NCBI GenBank assembly: GCA_963758525.1
Contig: CAVWVQ010000003.1
Coordinates: 4,000,001 to 4,064,000, forward strand
Reading direction: 5' to 3'
Source of the DNA: an uncultured Phycisphaerales bacterium
GTDB lineage: Bacteria; Planctomycetota; Phycisphaerae; Tepidisphaerales; Tepidisphaeraceae
Length of the DNA stretch: 64,000 nt
This document shows positions 18,998 through 31,318 of this stretch, piece after piece. The translations under genes and the position numbers were made by a program. The notes beneath the pieces are model-generated. The model made no database searches. It had not been told where the DNA came from and worked only from the letters and a program-made list of their open reading frames with translations. Every line of letters starts with the position of its first letter. Within the stretch, counting starts at the first letter, position 1.

Positions 18998-20554
18998 TCA
19001 TTGAGCGGGTTGGGCCGATGGAGGCGGATAATTCTTCGCCGCGTCGTCGATCACGACTACCCAATCCTCGCCGGACGGCCTCTTTGCCAACTCGAGTTTG
19101 CCCGGATTTGGCGCGTGGTTCATCAGCGGTTCGCTCTGGCCCGTTTCCGGACTGAACCATAACGCATTCAGGAATTTCGCATCGATCACGCTTGTGTTGA
19201 CGGTAATTGCCTGCGGAGCACTCAGGTACACCATGATGTAACTTGCACCCTTCCCCCCGGCGATCACGTCCCGGGTCGCCTGCACGCGGTCGGCGATCTT
19301 TTTCCCCTGCCCGGCAAGAATCAAACTCTGATCCGGAATGCGCTGCAGATACGGACGCGATGAGAGAAGCGGTTTGATGTACTGCAATTGATCCACCGCT
19401 ATGGTGTCCAACGCTAGGGTCCATTTGGAAACGTCGGGCGGCCAGCCTTTGAGCATCCACGGCTGCGCCGTGTGCGGCGTCATCTGCCATAGGGCGTTGT
19501 GCCCGTACGCATAGCCGAACGCGCCGGCAAAGACCGACAAATAGAGCGATCTTCTCTGAATGACCGGCGGCTCGCGGGTACCAATCTCATAGCGGTGTTC
19601 GGCAACCATCGTCGGCTTCAACGCCGCCAACCCGAAATCCGCGGCGACGTGCCTGGTAAGATCCGCGGACTCGCCCCCCTTCCCTGACTTCACCTGCGAC
19701 ATATAAAAGTCGAGCCAGGGCGACGCCTTGGCAAGCGATTGCGACGAAGAGCGATCGGAACACGGATGAACGGCCACCAGATTCTTTCCCTCGCACCCGT
19801 CCTTCAAACCGCTGCCGATCGCGTTGACCCGATCGACCTCGACATTTGGAGGCGTGGACTCTCCGCCGGCAACAAGAATCACATTGGCCCGGGTCTTGTA
19901 CCTGGCTCCCAGTTTCAATCCGATCGTGTGCAACTGATCGAGCGAGTAGGTGTTCATCGTTCCGGAAGTCTTGCCGCCCCACATTGCATAGAGCATCACG
20001 TACATGCCTAATCCGGCGGATTCGTCCACGATCCGGTCGCACCACGCGAAATATGCCGGGTTCAGATCCGTCTTCTCCTGCCCGCCATAAGCCCGCTGTC
20101 CGAATGCGTTCTCGCTGGCGGCCTGTGGATAAAAATCGAGACAAAACATGACACAGTTGAAGCCATGCCGGCGCCGGTCGTGGAGATAAGCGTCAATCTC
20201 TTCGTTGGTCAGCGCATTGAGGTTCCAGGCAGTGTCTGCCAACAGGAAAAAAGGGTTGCCGGTGCGAGCGTCGACAAGGAAATGGTGGTTATCGCTGACT
20301 TTCAGTCCATTGGGGGATGACGTCCCGGCCTGAGAATCGGGAGGCGATGTCGGAGGCCTCTGCGCTGCGGCGACGGCAACCTGTGCAAGGAGGATGCCCG
20401 AATAGGAGCAAAGAACAATGATCGCCCGAAAACGTTCACCGAGCGACGAGAGATGAGTCATTTGACGCTTTCGGTTGAGATGGTGCTCGCAACGGGCAAT
20501 TTCGGGGATTTCGGTCGCCGCTGGCCGAAGCAGTAAGAAAATGGGCATTTTCAT
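18998..20554 (-). CDS. DUF4038 / GH140 (apiosidase-like) glycoside hydrolase with a C-terminal small beta domain; start uncertain
   Basis: PFFLLADTAW, NPAYF..DRIV, WLDFYM, KPTMVAEHRYE, GYAYGHNALWQ, RIPDQSLI and DWVVVI. Confidence 0.8.
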   Translation of the reverse strand: MKMPIFLLLRPAATEIPEIARCEHHLNRKRQMTHLSSLGERFRAIIVLCSYSGILLAQVAVAAAQRPPTSPPDSQAGTSSPNGLKVSDNHHFLVDARTGNPFFLLADTAWNLNALTNEEIDAYLHDRRRHGFNCVMFCLDFYPQAASENAFGQRAYGGQEKTDLNPAYFAWCDRIVDESAGLGMYVMLYAMWGGKTSGTMNTYSLDQLHTIGLKLGARYKTRANVILVAGGESTPPNVEVDRVNAIGSGLKDGCEGKNLVAVHPCSDRSSSQSLAKASPWLDFYMSQVKSGKGGESADLTRHVAADFGLAALKPTMVAEHRYEIGTREPPVIQRRSLYLSVFAGAFGYAYGHNALWQMTPHTAQPWMLKGWPPDVSKWTLALDTIAVDQLQYIKPLLSSRPYLQRIPDQSLILAGQGKKIADRVQATRDVIAGGKGASYIMVYLSAPQAITVNTSVIDAKFLNALWFSPETGQSEPLMNHAPNPGKLELAKRPSGEDWVVVIDDAAKNYPPPSAQPAQ

Positions 20555-20761
20555 AGATGAGAGAGCGCCTAAATTATCAAAAGAATGGCTTTCTGTCTTT
20601 CACGGGACTCAATTTACTACAGAAAACGGGCATTCTGCACTTTTGCAATGAATTGTTTTTTTTCTTGTCTTACAGCACAGATGTTGTAATGTATCTGCTT
20701 GACGTACGGACTTGGGCAGGTCCATACGGGGTGAAGCCTCATCGCGGCGGAGGAGAATAGC

Positions 20762-23700
20762 ATGGCGGCAGGAACACGTCTGGCTCCCGGTCAGACTGTC
20801 GGTAATCGGTATCCTAAAGAATACTCGGCTCTGAGTCGGCGACGCAGACTGAAGCTCGCGGCGGCGGTTCTGCCATTGTCGGGGATGATCCTGAGCGGTG
20901 AATCCGCGCGGGCGCGACCAGAATCAAGGCTGACACCAACACATTAAACCTCGGTACGGACTGGATCGGTAACACCGCGCCGACCGCGGCGGACGTCGCT
21001 TCGTTCGACACCACGATTTCGGGCGGCAACATCGGCAGCCTCAGCCTGGGAGCCAACCTGAGCTGGCAGGGGCTGACGATTGGCAGCGTCAACGCGGATG
21101 CGGTGATCACCGCCGGCAACACGCTCACGCTCGGCAGCGCCGGCATTAACATGAGTGCCGCCAGCAACAATCTGGAAATCAGCTCGGGACTCACGCTGCT
21201 GGCAAATACGAGCCAGCTCTGGAACGTTCAGACGGGTCGTACGCTTACCCTGGATACCGGAACCTTCACGCGCAGCGCCGGCGCAACCCTGAATGTGCAG
21301 GGCGCGGGCACCGTCGCCACTTCCAATATCTCCAATGACGCGACCGGCATCATCGGCGCGTGGGCGAGCTTCGGCACCGGCGGATCCACGAAATATGCGA
21401 CCGTCAGCGGCGGTAACATCGCGGCTTACACCGGCACGGCAGCGGCCGACGGGTCGGGACTGACCGACACCACCGGAACTGTGAACTACGATCTGGCGAC
21501 CTTCGGGGGCACGGTTCCCGCCACCGTTTCGGCAAATACCATCCGCTACACGGGCGCTAGCGGCACGACGGCGCCCGGGGCCACCTCCTTTTCCGTCAAC
21601 GGGCTGATGAACGCGGGCAGCGGGGCATGGACCATCGGCACCAACACGCTCACGATCGGCGGCAACAAGGAGCTGATCGTCAACTCGGCGAACAATGCCA
21701 TCACCATCTCGAGCATCATCGCCAACAACGGCGGCGGAGCTTCGTCGCTGACAGCCACCGGCGGAAATATCCTCACCCTCTCCGGGGTGAACACGTTCTC
21801 CGGCGGTCTGACAGTCGATAATGGGGCCACTGTCACGGCCGGCACGTCAGCAAATTCGACGGGCTCGGGCGGCGTGGTGGATAACGGCACATTGAACCTC
21901 ACGGTCGGCGCCGTGACGTATACGGGTCTTTCCACCAGTTTGGCGGGCTCGGGCGTGGTAAACGTCACGCTGGGCACGGGAAGCAATACGACCGTCCTCA
22001 GCGGCAATTACTCCGGTTTCACCGGCACCTGGAATATCGGCGTGGGCGCCACCGCGGGGGCCGGTAAAGCGCAGATGACCGGCGCGGACAATGCGGCGGC
22101 AACCATCAACGTGCTCGCCAACGGCACTGTATATGCTTCCTCCTCAACGACGCATAACGCATCGATCGTGCTCAACGGCGGTGACACGGGTGAATCGTAC
22201 GGCCAACTCCGTCTCGAAGGCGGCGCCAACTGGGCCGGTTCCGTCACGCTCGCCGGGGCAATCACGGGGAGCGGCGACGCCTTTATCGGCGGCAATGGCA
22301 CCGGCACGATCAGCGGCAACATCGGAGAAACAGGCGGACCGAAAGTATTGAGCGTCATCGGCTCCGGGACCATGACCCTCTCGGGCTCAAATACGTATTC
22401 AGGCGGAACGGTACTCAATGGTGCCGGCACGCTGAGTATTTCCAGCGACGGAGCGGGGGGCAGCAATACCAACCTCGGCGCAACCACCTCAGGCATCACC
22501 TTCAACGGAGGTGCCCTGCAGATCACCGGCACCGCCATCACCGGCTTCGGCTCGCACACGCCGACGATTAATGCCGGGAAAGTTTTCTCGTTGGACATCA
22601 ACAACGCCGCCAACACCTTCACTTACAACACTGCAATCACGGGCACGGGCGGCATCACCAAGAACGGCGCGGGCACGCTCACCCTCGGCGGCAAGATCAC
22701 CGAGACAACCGCAAACGGCATCATCACAGTCGGTGCGGGGACGCTCAATCTCACAAACACAGGTGGCAACTCCGCCACGCTCGTGAATCTCAACGCCGGC
22801 ACGATCGACATCGGCGCGGGCAACCTCACGATTACTCCCAGCACCGCTGGAGGCAACGTCCTTCAAAGCACCGCGATCACGGGAACGGTAACGGTCAATG
22901 CCACTGGCGGCGGCGCATTGATTCTGACGCAGAACAACGCAGCTGACGGCGGAAACGTCGGCATCGCCAACGGCGGAACGCTGGCGATCAACGCGAAGAT
23001 CACTGGTGCAAACGCGTTTGAAGCATATAACAGCAACAATGGAACCGGTGTCGTCGTTCTGGGTAATGCAGCCAATGATTTCACCGGCAACGTGCTGATC
23101 AATTCCGGTGTCCTCCAGGTCACAAGTGTCGGAAATCAAAGCTCGACGACCAGCAACCTTGGAGCGGGAACGACGATCAGCTTCGGCAGCACGAGCGCCT
23201 CAACGGGCACATTAAAATATATTGGCACCGGCGAAGTCAGCAACCGCATCATCAATCTCAGCGGCAGCACTGCCGGGGGCACTCTCGATGCCTCGGGCGC
23301 CAGCGGCACTTTGGAATTCTCCAGCAATCTGACCGCTGTTGCGGGTGCGAAGACCCTCACGCTGCAAGGCTCGGGGCTCGGCAAGTTTTCCGGAAATCTG
23401 GTCAACGGCAGCGGGACCGTTGCCATTGCCAAAGGCGGTGCCGGGACTTGGACGCTGAGCGGAGCCGCAAATACGTATGGCGGCGGAACAACCGTCAATC
23501 TTGGCACCTTGTCGTTCGCGGGAGCGGGGGCATTCCCCACCAGTTCCAACCCCGTCACACTCAACGGCGGCACCTTCCAGATTTTGCAGGACGGAGCGGG
23601 CAGCGCCGGAACCATCTCACTCGGCAACGCGGTAACCGTCGCCACCGGCACAACCCTAACAGTCGCCGTCGGCAACAACACCGGAAATACTGGCAACACC

Positions 23701-26700
23701 GTGGCGTTCGGAGCGCTCAATAACGGCACCACCGCCAATAACCTGACCAGCACCATCAACTTCACCGGCGCCAACAGCTATCTCCAGTCATACACCAGCC
23801 TCGGACTCTCAGGATCGTCCGGCGGCGCGACGACTCTCGCGCCCAGCACGGGTGTAACCATTTCTGGAAATGTGACGAACCAGGAATCCGGTTCCGTTAC
23901 CGGCCACTATGACACCCTTGTCCTCGACGGGACGAGCACCGGCAATGCGATCAATGGCACCATTGCGGACAGTGGCGGTTATGCCAGCGTCGGCAACGGC
24001 GACACCCGCGTCACCAAACAAAACAGCAGCACTTGGACGCTTGCAGGCTCGAACACCTACCACGGCGCGACCACCCTGACCCTCGGTACCCTGAACCTCA
24101 ACAACAACTCCGCTCTGGGCTCCAGCGTCCTCACCGTCAACGGCGGCGGCATCGATAACACTTCGGGCACCGCGAAGACGCTGGCCAATCAGTTTATCAT
24201 CGGCGGAAGCTTCGCCGTCTTCTCAGGCGGGGAGACTGCCACCAGCAATCTGACCTTCAGCACCGCCTCAACCACGACCACGGACATCAGCAAGACGATC
24301 ACGTTGAACGGCACCGGCACGACACTGGATCTCGGGCAGATGACGCTGACCAACAATAACAACGCCGGCCGCACGCTTACGGTCAATGGCGCGGGGAACA
24401 CGCTGGTTCTCGGGGCCTTGAACCTGGACAGCGGCGGCAACACGGCAAGCACGCAAATCATCAACGGAAGCGGTAACGTAACCATCAATGGCGCAGTCGC
24501 TACCGGCACCTCCACCGTCGCACAAAGCCTCAGCTATTCCGGCACCGGCACGCTCTCGCTCGGCGGGGCAAATTCGTATGCGGGCGCGACGACGGTGAAC
24601 AGCGGCACCATGGATTTCACCGGCGGCACCAGCACCGGCAGCACGTCGCTCGTCGTTCATGGGACGACAGCCGTTCCGGCGGCGTTTAAGATCGAAACCG
24701 GTGCGTCGGAGACGATCGCCGGTGGTATTGCGATCGCTCAAGTGACCGGCGACACCAACGGCTCGCTCACCATCGCCGGCGGGACCCTGGCCGAGACGGG
24801 CGCTAACGCTTTCACCGTGGGTGACAATAATGGTGGAAACGGCGGCACCGCAAGCGGCAGCGTCACGCAAACCGGCGGCACGCTGAACCTTGGCACCGTC
24901 GGCACTCCGAGCGGCTACGCCTCTGTCGGCGCGGCCAACGTGGGTACGTACACGCTCAGCGGCGGGACCATTAACTCTTACACGACTGCCGGGTTCAACA
25001 TTGGCGACCGCACCGGCTCGACAGGCACCATGACGGTCAGCGGGACCGGCGTGTTGAATGTGCTTACCAGCGACGGACTCTACATCGGCAAAGGTGGAAC
25101 CGCCGCCAACACCAGCGCGACCGGCACTTTGAATGTGAATAGCGGCGGGGCAGTCAACACTCCCAAAATCAGCTTCGGAAATGCCGCCGGGACCACCGGC
25201 ACCAATGTCGGCACGCTCAATCTCAACGGCGGCACGCTGACGGTGGGAACCTCCGGCATCAGCAAAGTCGGCAGCATGTCCAACCCGACAATTCATATGA
25301 ACGGCGGCACGCTCAAATCGAGCGCTGCCTTCGCCCTCGGCGCCAACATCGTTATTGATGTTGATACCGGCGGCGCGTTTGTGGATACCACCGGCGGTAC
25401 GATCACCGCCAGCAGCGCGTTTCTCCTCGGCAACGGCGTGGGGGCCTTGACCCTCACCGGGGGAAATTCACTCATCCTGCCCACGGGCAACACGTATACG
25501 GGCACCACGACGATTACAGGCTCTGCCACCACGCTCAAGTTCAGCGGCGCAACCTCGCTGGTCAACAGCGTTGCAATTGGGACCACCGCCCTTTTCGACC
25601 TGAATGGCAACAGCCAGTCAGTCGCGGGGCTCAATAACGTAGCCGGGGCCGGCGGGGCAGTGATTGCAACGGGAACGGCGGGGAAAACCCTCACGTTGAA
25701 CGGCAGCGGAGCCTACAGCTTTGCCGGCGTCTATTCCGGCGGCGTCGCCGCGGGAACCTCGGGAACCGGCACCCTCACCGTCGCTCTCACCGGCGGCGGT
25801 TCGCAGACCCTCACGGGCGCAAATACGTATACGGGCGCGACAGCGGTCAACAGCGGATCGCTCATTCTCGGGAGCGGCGGCCGCCTCGCCGCGACGGCCG
25901 TGACGATTGCCAGCGGCGCGACTCTCGCCGTCACTCCCGGCGTTGCCAGCGCAACCAATGCGGTGAGCACCTCGTCGCTGGCGTTAAATTCCGGCAGCAA
26001 CTTCAGCATGGCAGACGGCGTCGCGAGCACCGCGACCGTCGGTACCACCGGCACGCTCAGCGGCGCCAACTTCACGTTTGACCTGGGTGGCAGCACCACC
26101 GCAACCGATACCCTTACGATCGGTGGCGCCGTGACCCTGGCAGCGGGCAACACGATTACGATTAACGGTTTCGGCACGACCGCCCCCACGGCTGCCAGTT
26201 ACACTCTGATCGGAGGCGCATCGGGACTCGGGACCGCCGCCGATTTTACCCTGACCAACACCAGGGTGGCGTTCAACGGCTCTTATTATCCGATTTCGCT
26301 TAGCAACTCTGCGACCGCTGAGAAACTGGTCGTTGGTGCCGCCGGCTCCGGTGCCCTCTACTGGAATGGCACGACCTCGCTCTGGAACAGCACAACAAAC
26401 TGGAACACCGATGCCACGAGCAGCACCAACGCCGGGGCAACTCCGACCGGTGCTACCGATGTCTTTTTCTCCACTACAACTCCGTCGCCGGGGAACCTGA
26501 CCAACACGCTCGGCGTCGCGACCGCAGTCAACAGCATCAATTATTTGAGTACCAGCGGCGCGGTCACCATCGGCAACAGCGGCACTTCCTATGGCCTGAC
26601 AATCGGCGCAGGCGGCATCAGCGATGCCAGCGCAAGCGCCCAACTCATCGGGACCAGCGCACAATCACCCTTGCAGCGGCGCAGAGCTGGAACAACAGCA

Positions 26701-29700
26701 ACGGCGGCACTTTGACCGTCACCGGTGGCGTGACTGCGGGCGCCAACCTGCTTACCTTTGCTGGAAGCGGAGCGACCACGATTTCTGGAGCGACCGCTTT
26801 CACAACCAGCGTCGGCGCTACCGTCAACAGCGGCGCCGGCGCGGTGACGATTTCCTCGCCCATCACCGTTGGCGGAACTTCCACGTTCACCAACAACAGC
26901 GGCAACACGCTCGCCCTCGGAGCGGTAACCGCCGCAGGCAACGCCCTCACCGTCACGGGTTCCGGAGCGGCAACCCTTGCATCGCTCAGCAGCACGGGCA
27001 ACGTGACGTTCAGCCAGACGGGCGCAATCGGAGTCACGGGCAACATCAGCGGAACGTCAACCCTGACAACAAGCGGCGGAGCCTTGACGCTGGGTGGAGC
27101 CACCAACGTCGTCAAGACGCTCAACATCAACAGCACCGCCGTCGTGGATATTGGCTCGGGCAGCCTTTCCATCAGCAATTCGGGGAGCACGACGCTCACA
27201 TCGTCCACCGGCGGCACTCTCAACGCCACGGGCGGTGGTGCGATCACCATCTCCACCGCCGGCGGCACAAACTACGGGGACAACAAAGTGGCCGCCGGGA
27301 AAACGCTGACGGTCAATGCCAAACTAACCGGTAGTGGAGGTTTCGAGATTTTCGGCGACACCGGAACGTTCGTCCTGGCCAACAACGCCAATGACTTCAC
27401 CGGAGACATTCTCTACAGCAATGCCGGCACGATCAGCGTTTCCTCGATTGGCAATGCGTTAGCGGCGGGCGGAATTGGCGCGGGAACCAACCTCTTATTC
27501 ACTTCTAACGGAACATTGGCCTACACGGGCGCGGGCGAGAGCACCAATCGCGTCATCCAGCTGACCGGCGGTGCAAACATCGGCGGAACCATCGACGCTT
27601 CCGGCACCACAAGCAGCGGCAGCCCGCTGAAGTTCACCGCCAACGTGCAAAACAACGCGTCGGCCGCGGGAACCAACCTGCTCACGCTGCAGGGCAGCGG
27701 GTTCGGAGAAATCGGCGGCACATTAACCGATAAGACGGGCGCTCCGACCTTCAAGACCGGAATCAACAAACTGGGCACGGGCACGTGGACCCTTTCGGGG
27801 GCAAACACATATACGGGCGTCACGGCGATTGCAAACGGCACATTGATCGTGACCGCGGCCGGAAATCTTGGCGCTGGCGCACTCTCGATGGGCACCGGCT
27901 CCTCCGGCAGCATCGGCACGGTTGGCAACCTCACTCTGAACAACAGCACGACGGTGAGCAGCCTTGCGGTTCAATCCAATACGTCGGATACGACAACATC
28001 GACGAACATCGAGCAACTCCTCATCGCCAGTGGCAACACCCTGACGGTCAGCGGGGCCGCAATCGTTGGGGTCACGGGCGGCGCCTCCGCGACCAACACG
28101 GCGTTGAGCACCGGCGCCACGGCCGGCGCGGGCGGCACTTTGACAGTCAACAACTCCTTCACGGCCGGAATCGCGGCGACCAGCGCCGTCGGGAACAAGA
28201 CCGTGGTAGACCTTTCGGGCCTGAGCGCCTTCAATGAAAATCTGGTCGGCGGATCGCTGCTCGTTGGGTTTGGTCAGGACGATGGGGCGACGATGACCCT
28301 GGCTGCCACCAACACGATCAACGTGGCCACGATTTCGGTCGGCGACAGCAACGGAGCGAACTACGACCTGGCGACCGGCGCGGTGAGCACCCTGAATCTC
28401 GGGACCGGCGTGAACACGCTTCACGCCAGCACGATCACATTGGGCACCGGCAAGGGCGGCGGCGTGTTGCAGTTTGCCGGCGGTAACGGTTCGGTGGCCA
28501 TTGATGGGACCGGAGGCTCGGGTACGTCGAATATCACGCTCGGTAACGCCAGTTCGGTCACCTCTCAGGGAGGACCGAGCGGACTGTTGTTGGCCGGCCA
28601 TAGCGCGACCGTCAGCGCGGGCACGGTAACGGTTGCTGAAAAGACCGGCAGCGTCGGGGGCACCGTCTCCGCGTCGGTAACATTCGATACCGGAACCTTC
28701 AATGCCGCCAGCATTCAGATGGCGCTGAGCACCGGCGCATCGGCTGCCACCGGAGGCGCCACCGGCACCTTCACCGTGGGCGGGCCGACCGCCAATTCTG
28801 CTGCCACCGGCATCGTAAACGACAGCGGCAACTTCATCCTCGCCGGGAATACCAACTCGACCGCCGGCGCGACCGGCATCTCGACGGGCTCCCTGATCAT
28901 CAACGGCGGCACCGTGAATGTGAACACCGCCGCCTCCGCGACGGGCGGCATCTTCGATACAACCACCACTACAACCGGAAGCAGCGCCACCACCCTGACG
29001 CTGGCCGGCGGCACTCTCGATCTTCACGGCGGTGTCATTGGTGGCACCACGGTGGGCGCCGGCAAGAAAAATATCGGCACCCTCAACTTCAAGAGCGGCA
29101 CCCTTCAGAATGTGGCCGAGATCAACGGCGGCGCCACGGCTCTGACCAAGATCACCGATGGCACCGCGACTGCCGGAACCCTGGTCCTCGCGGGAGTAAA
29201 CAGCTACTCGGGCGGAACGACGATCACCGCCGGCACACTGCTGGCGAACAGCACCGACACCACCAACGGGTCGACCGGCTCCGGAGCCGTATCGGTCAGC
29301 GGCGTCCTTGCCGGAACCGGCGTGGTCAAAGGGGACATCACCGTAAACAGCGGCGGACACCTCTCCGCCGGGGCCGGCGTCCCCCCGAATGGGACCACCG
29401 CGACCGCACCCGGCCAGCTTACAGCGAACACCGGGACCACGGCATTCGCCAACGGATCGAATTTCGACGTGAAGGTGAACGATGTTGCTGGCGCTGCCGG
29501 GACCAACTGGGACCAGGTGCTGATGAACCTTCTCTCCGTCAGCGGGACAGACACGATCAACCTGTACGGATTGACTGCCGGCAACGTCGCCGGGCCGACG
29601 CCCAACTTCAACGGCACCACCCCATTCACGATAACGATCGCAACGTTGACGGGCGTCACACAGAGCGCGCTGCAGACCGACATTGCGGCCCTGAGCCTGA

Positions 29701-29921
29701 ACACCAGCAATTTTACCGCCAACAATCCCACCGCCTTTGGCGACGGCTTCAGCCTGGTCGCGGTCGGGGATACGTTTGGCGGCAGCTTCCCGAACGGCTC
29801 CGACCTGCAGATCAATTACAACGCCACTCCCGAGCCGGGGACGGCGATGCTGGTTCTTGGTGGTGTTCTGCCGATGCTGATGCGCCGTCGCCGTCGGTCC
29901 CGGCAACTGCCCGCTCAATAG
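20762..29921 (+). CDS. Giant (~3050 aa) autotransporter-associated beta-strand-repeat protein with PEP-CTERM; frameshifts near 20913 and 26662
   Basis: RBS GGAG and a signal peptide. Many G.GTLTLSG.NTYSG.T repeats. Ends TPEPGT-hydrophobic-RRRRR. The frames join as ..ARA/ATRIKADTNTLN and ..ITLAAAQSWNN. Confidence 0.88.
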
Positions 29922-30285
29922 AAGAAGCCGGACGCTCCGGCCTTCACCCCTGCTATGACTTGTATTAGCGCGCTGTCTCGCTCAAGGCGAAGAACCGGGG
30001 GTGCAAGCACCGCCCGGCGTTCAACCCAACCGCTACGCACCGGTCCGGGAGGTCCGCTCATTCTCCAATAGCGGGTGGCGCCGGCGAACGCCGAGGGTGC
30101 TCGCGCCCTCGGTCTCTTCGAAATCGAATGCAGGAATGCCACCGTGTGCGGGGAGAAGCTGCGCAGTTGGGATGTCCTCGATCAGTGCCGTCGGGTTGGG
30201 TCAGCACACTCGCCTCGGGCGGGATACCTTCTGCTCTACCCTTGGGATGTCAAAATAGCTTCGGCGATAGTTCAAAGTTTCGTAC

Positions 30286-30756
30286 TCACTTCAAATGCCA
30301 CAATATCGCCGGGCTCGCGCCTTCATTGGGGACCGCGACCAGGGTTTTGCCGTCGGGTGATAACGCAACGGTGGCGAAAACCGTCTCCTTGGAGAAGAGG
30401 CCGATCGTCACCATCGGCTTGCCCGTTTTGCTGTCGGCGACACACACACAATTGTCGGCCATCGTGTTCCATGTTCCGTAGGCAAAGCGACTGCCGTCGG
30501 GCGCGAACGAGGCTTGTTGCAGTCGATAGATCTCGTGCTTGTATCCCTCCAGCGTGCCGGCGGACTTGCCGTCGGCGGCGCTCCACAGTGCGATGTCGTT
30601 TGCCGCACCCGTCGCGATGAGTGTGCCATCCGGCGAGATCGCGGCCGTCTTGGCCCGCGCCAGTTGCACGGCATCCTTTACGGTGGGATCAGAGTACGCG
30701 GCCGAACACAAGAGGCACACCGCGCCAATAGCAGCGATGAGAAAACGAAGTTTCAT
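30286..30756 (-). CDS. Secreted protein with 2-3 WD40-like repeats
   Basis: Signal peptide, then AISPDGTLIATG, SFAPDGSRFA and ALSPDGKTLVA. Confidence 0.75.
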   Translation of the reverse strand: MKLRFLIAAIGAVCLLCSAAYSDPTVKDAVQLARAKTAAISPDGTLIATGAANDIALWSAADGKSAGTLEGYKHEIYRLQQASFAPDGSRFAYGTWNTMADNCVCVADSKTGKPMVTIGLFSKETVFATVALSPDGKTLVAVPNEGASPAILWHLK

Positions 30757-30923
30757 GCATCCTCGCGACGTGATACTTCTCCCTCAATCGATCGTATGAG
30801 ATGGAGATTCTACACGACGTTGCTTTTCGTACGCAACGATACCTCTCTGCGTGCTCACTTTTGTGAGGCACGAGAGTCGCGCCCACACGCGGCAACTCAG
30901 AATGCGAAGGGGACACCACGCCC

Positions 30924-30961
30924 TTGACAAGGATGATATGTGTCACATAGTATGCAGCATA
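30924..30961 (+). promoter_or_regulatory. Sigma70-type promoter with two overlapping palindromes (candidate PadR operator)
   Basis: TTGACA (30924) - 18 nt - TAGTAT (30948). Palindromes TATGTG-T-CACATA and TATGC-A-GCATA. Confidence 0.7.
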
Positions 30962-30974
30962 GAGGTTATTCCAG

Positions 30975-31307
30975 ATGAAACTCGAAACTGAACTGATGCG
31001 GGGCGCGGGGCCATTGGCGGTGCTTCGGCTGCTTGAAGGGGGCGAGCGATACGGCTACGAGCTGATCGGTTTACTCGAACGTCGAACCGATGGCGTTCTG
31101 GCGATGGGGCAAAGCACGCTCTATCCGCTGCTGTACAACCTCGAGGCAAAAGGATTGGTGGACGCGCGCTCGGCGGTCGCGGACAACGGCAGGCCCCGCA
31201 AATACTATCGCCTGACCGAAAAGGGGAAACGGCGGTTGGCACGCGATCGCAAGCAGTGGGAGGCAATTTCCATTGCCATGGGCAAGCTGGGAATTGCCGG
31301 GGCGTGA
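30975..31307 (+). CDS. PadR family transcriptional regulator
   Basis: YGYELI, STLYPLLYNLEAKGLV and RPRKYYRLTEKG. Confidence 0.93.
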   Translation: MKLETELMRGAGPLAVLRLLEGGERYGYELIGLLERRTDGVLAMGQSTLYPLLYNLEAKGLVDARSAVADNGRPRKYYRLTEKGKRRLARDRKQWEAISIAMGKLGIAGA

Positions 31308-31318
31308 GTTCGTAAGAG

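Noticed and set aside
26640..26715. Programmed ribosomal frameshift in the giant PEP-CTERM gene
   Set aside because: No slippery heptamer is evident, and similar indels occur throughout the window.
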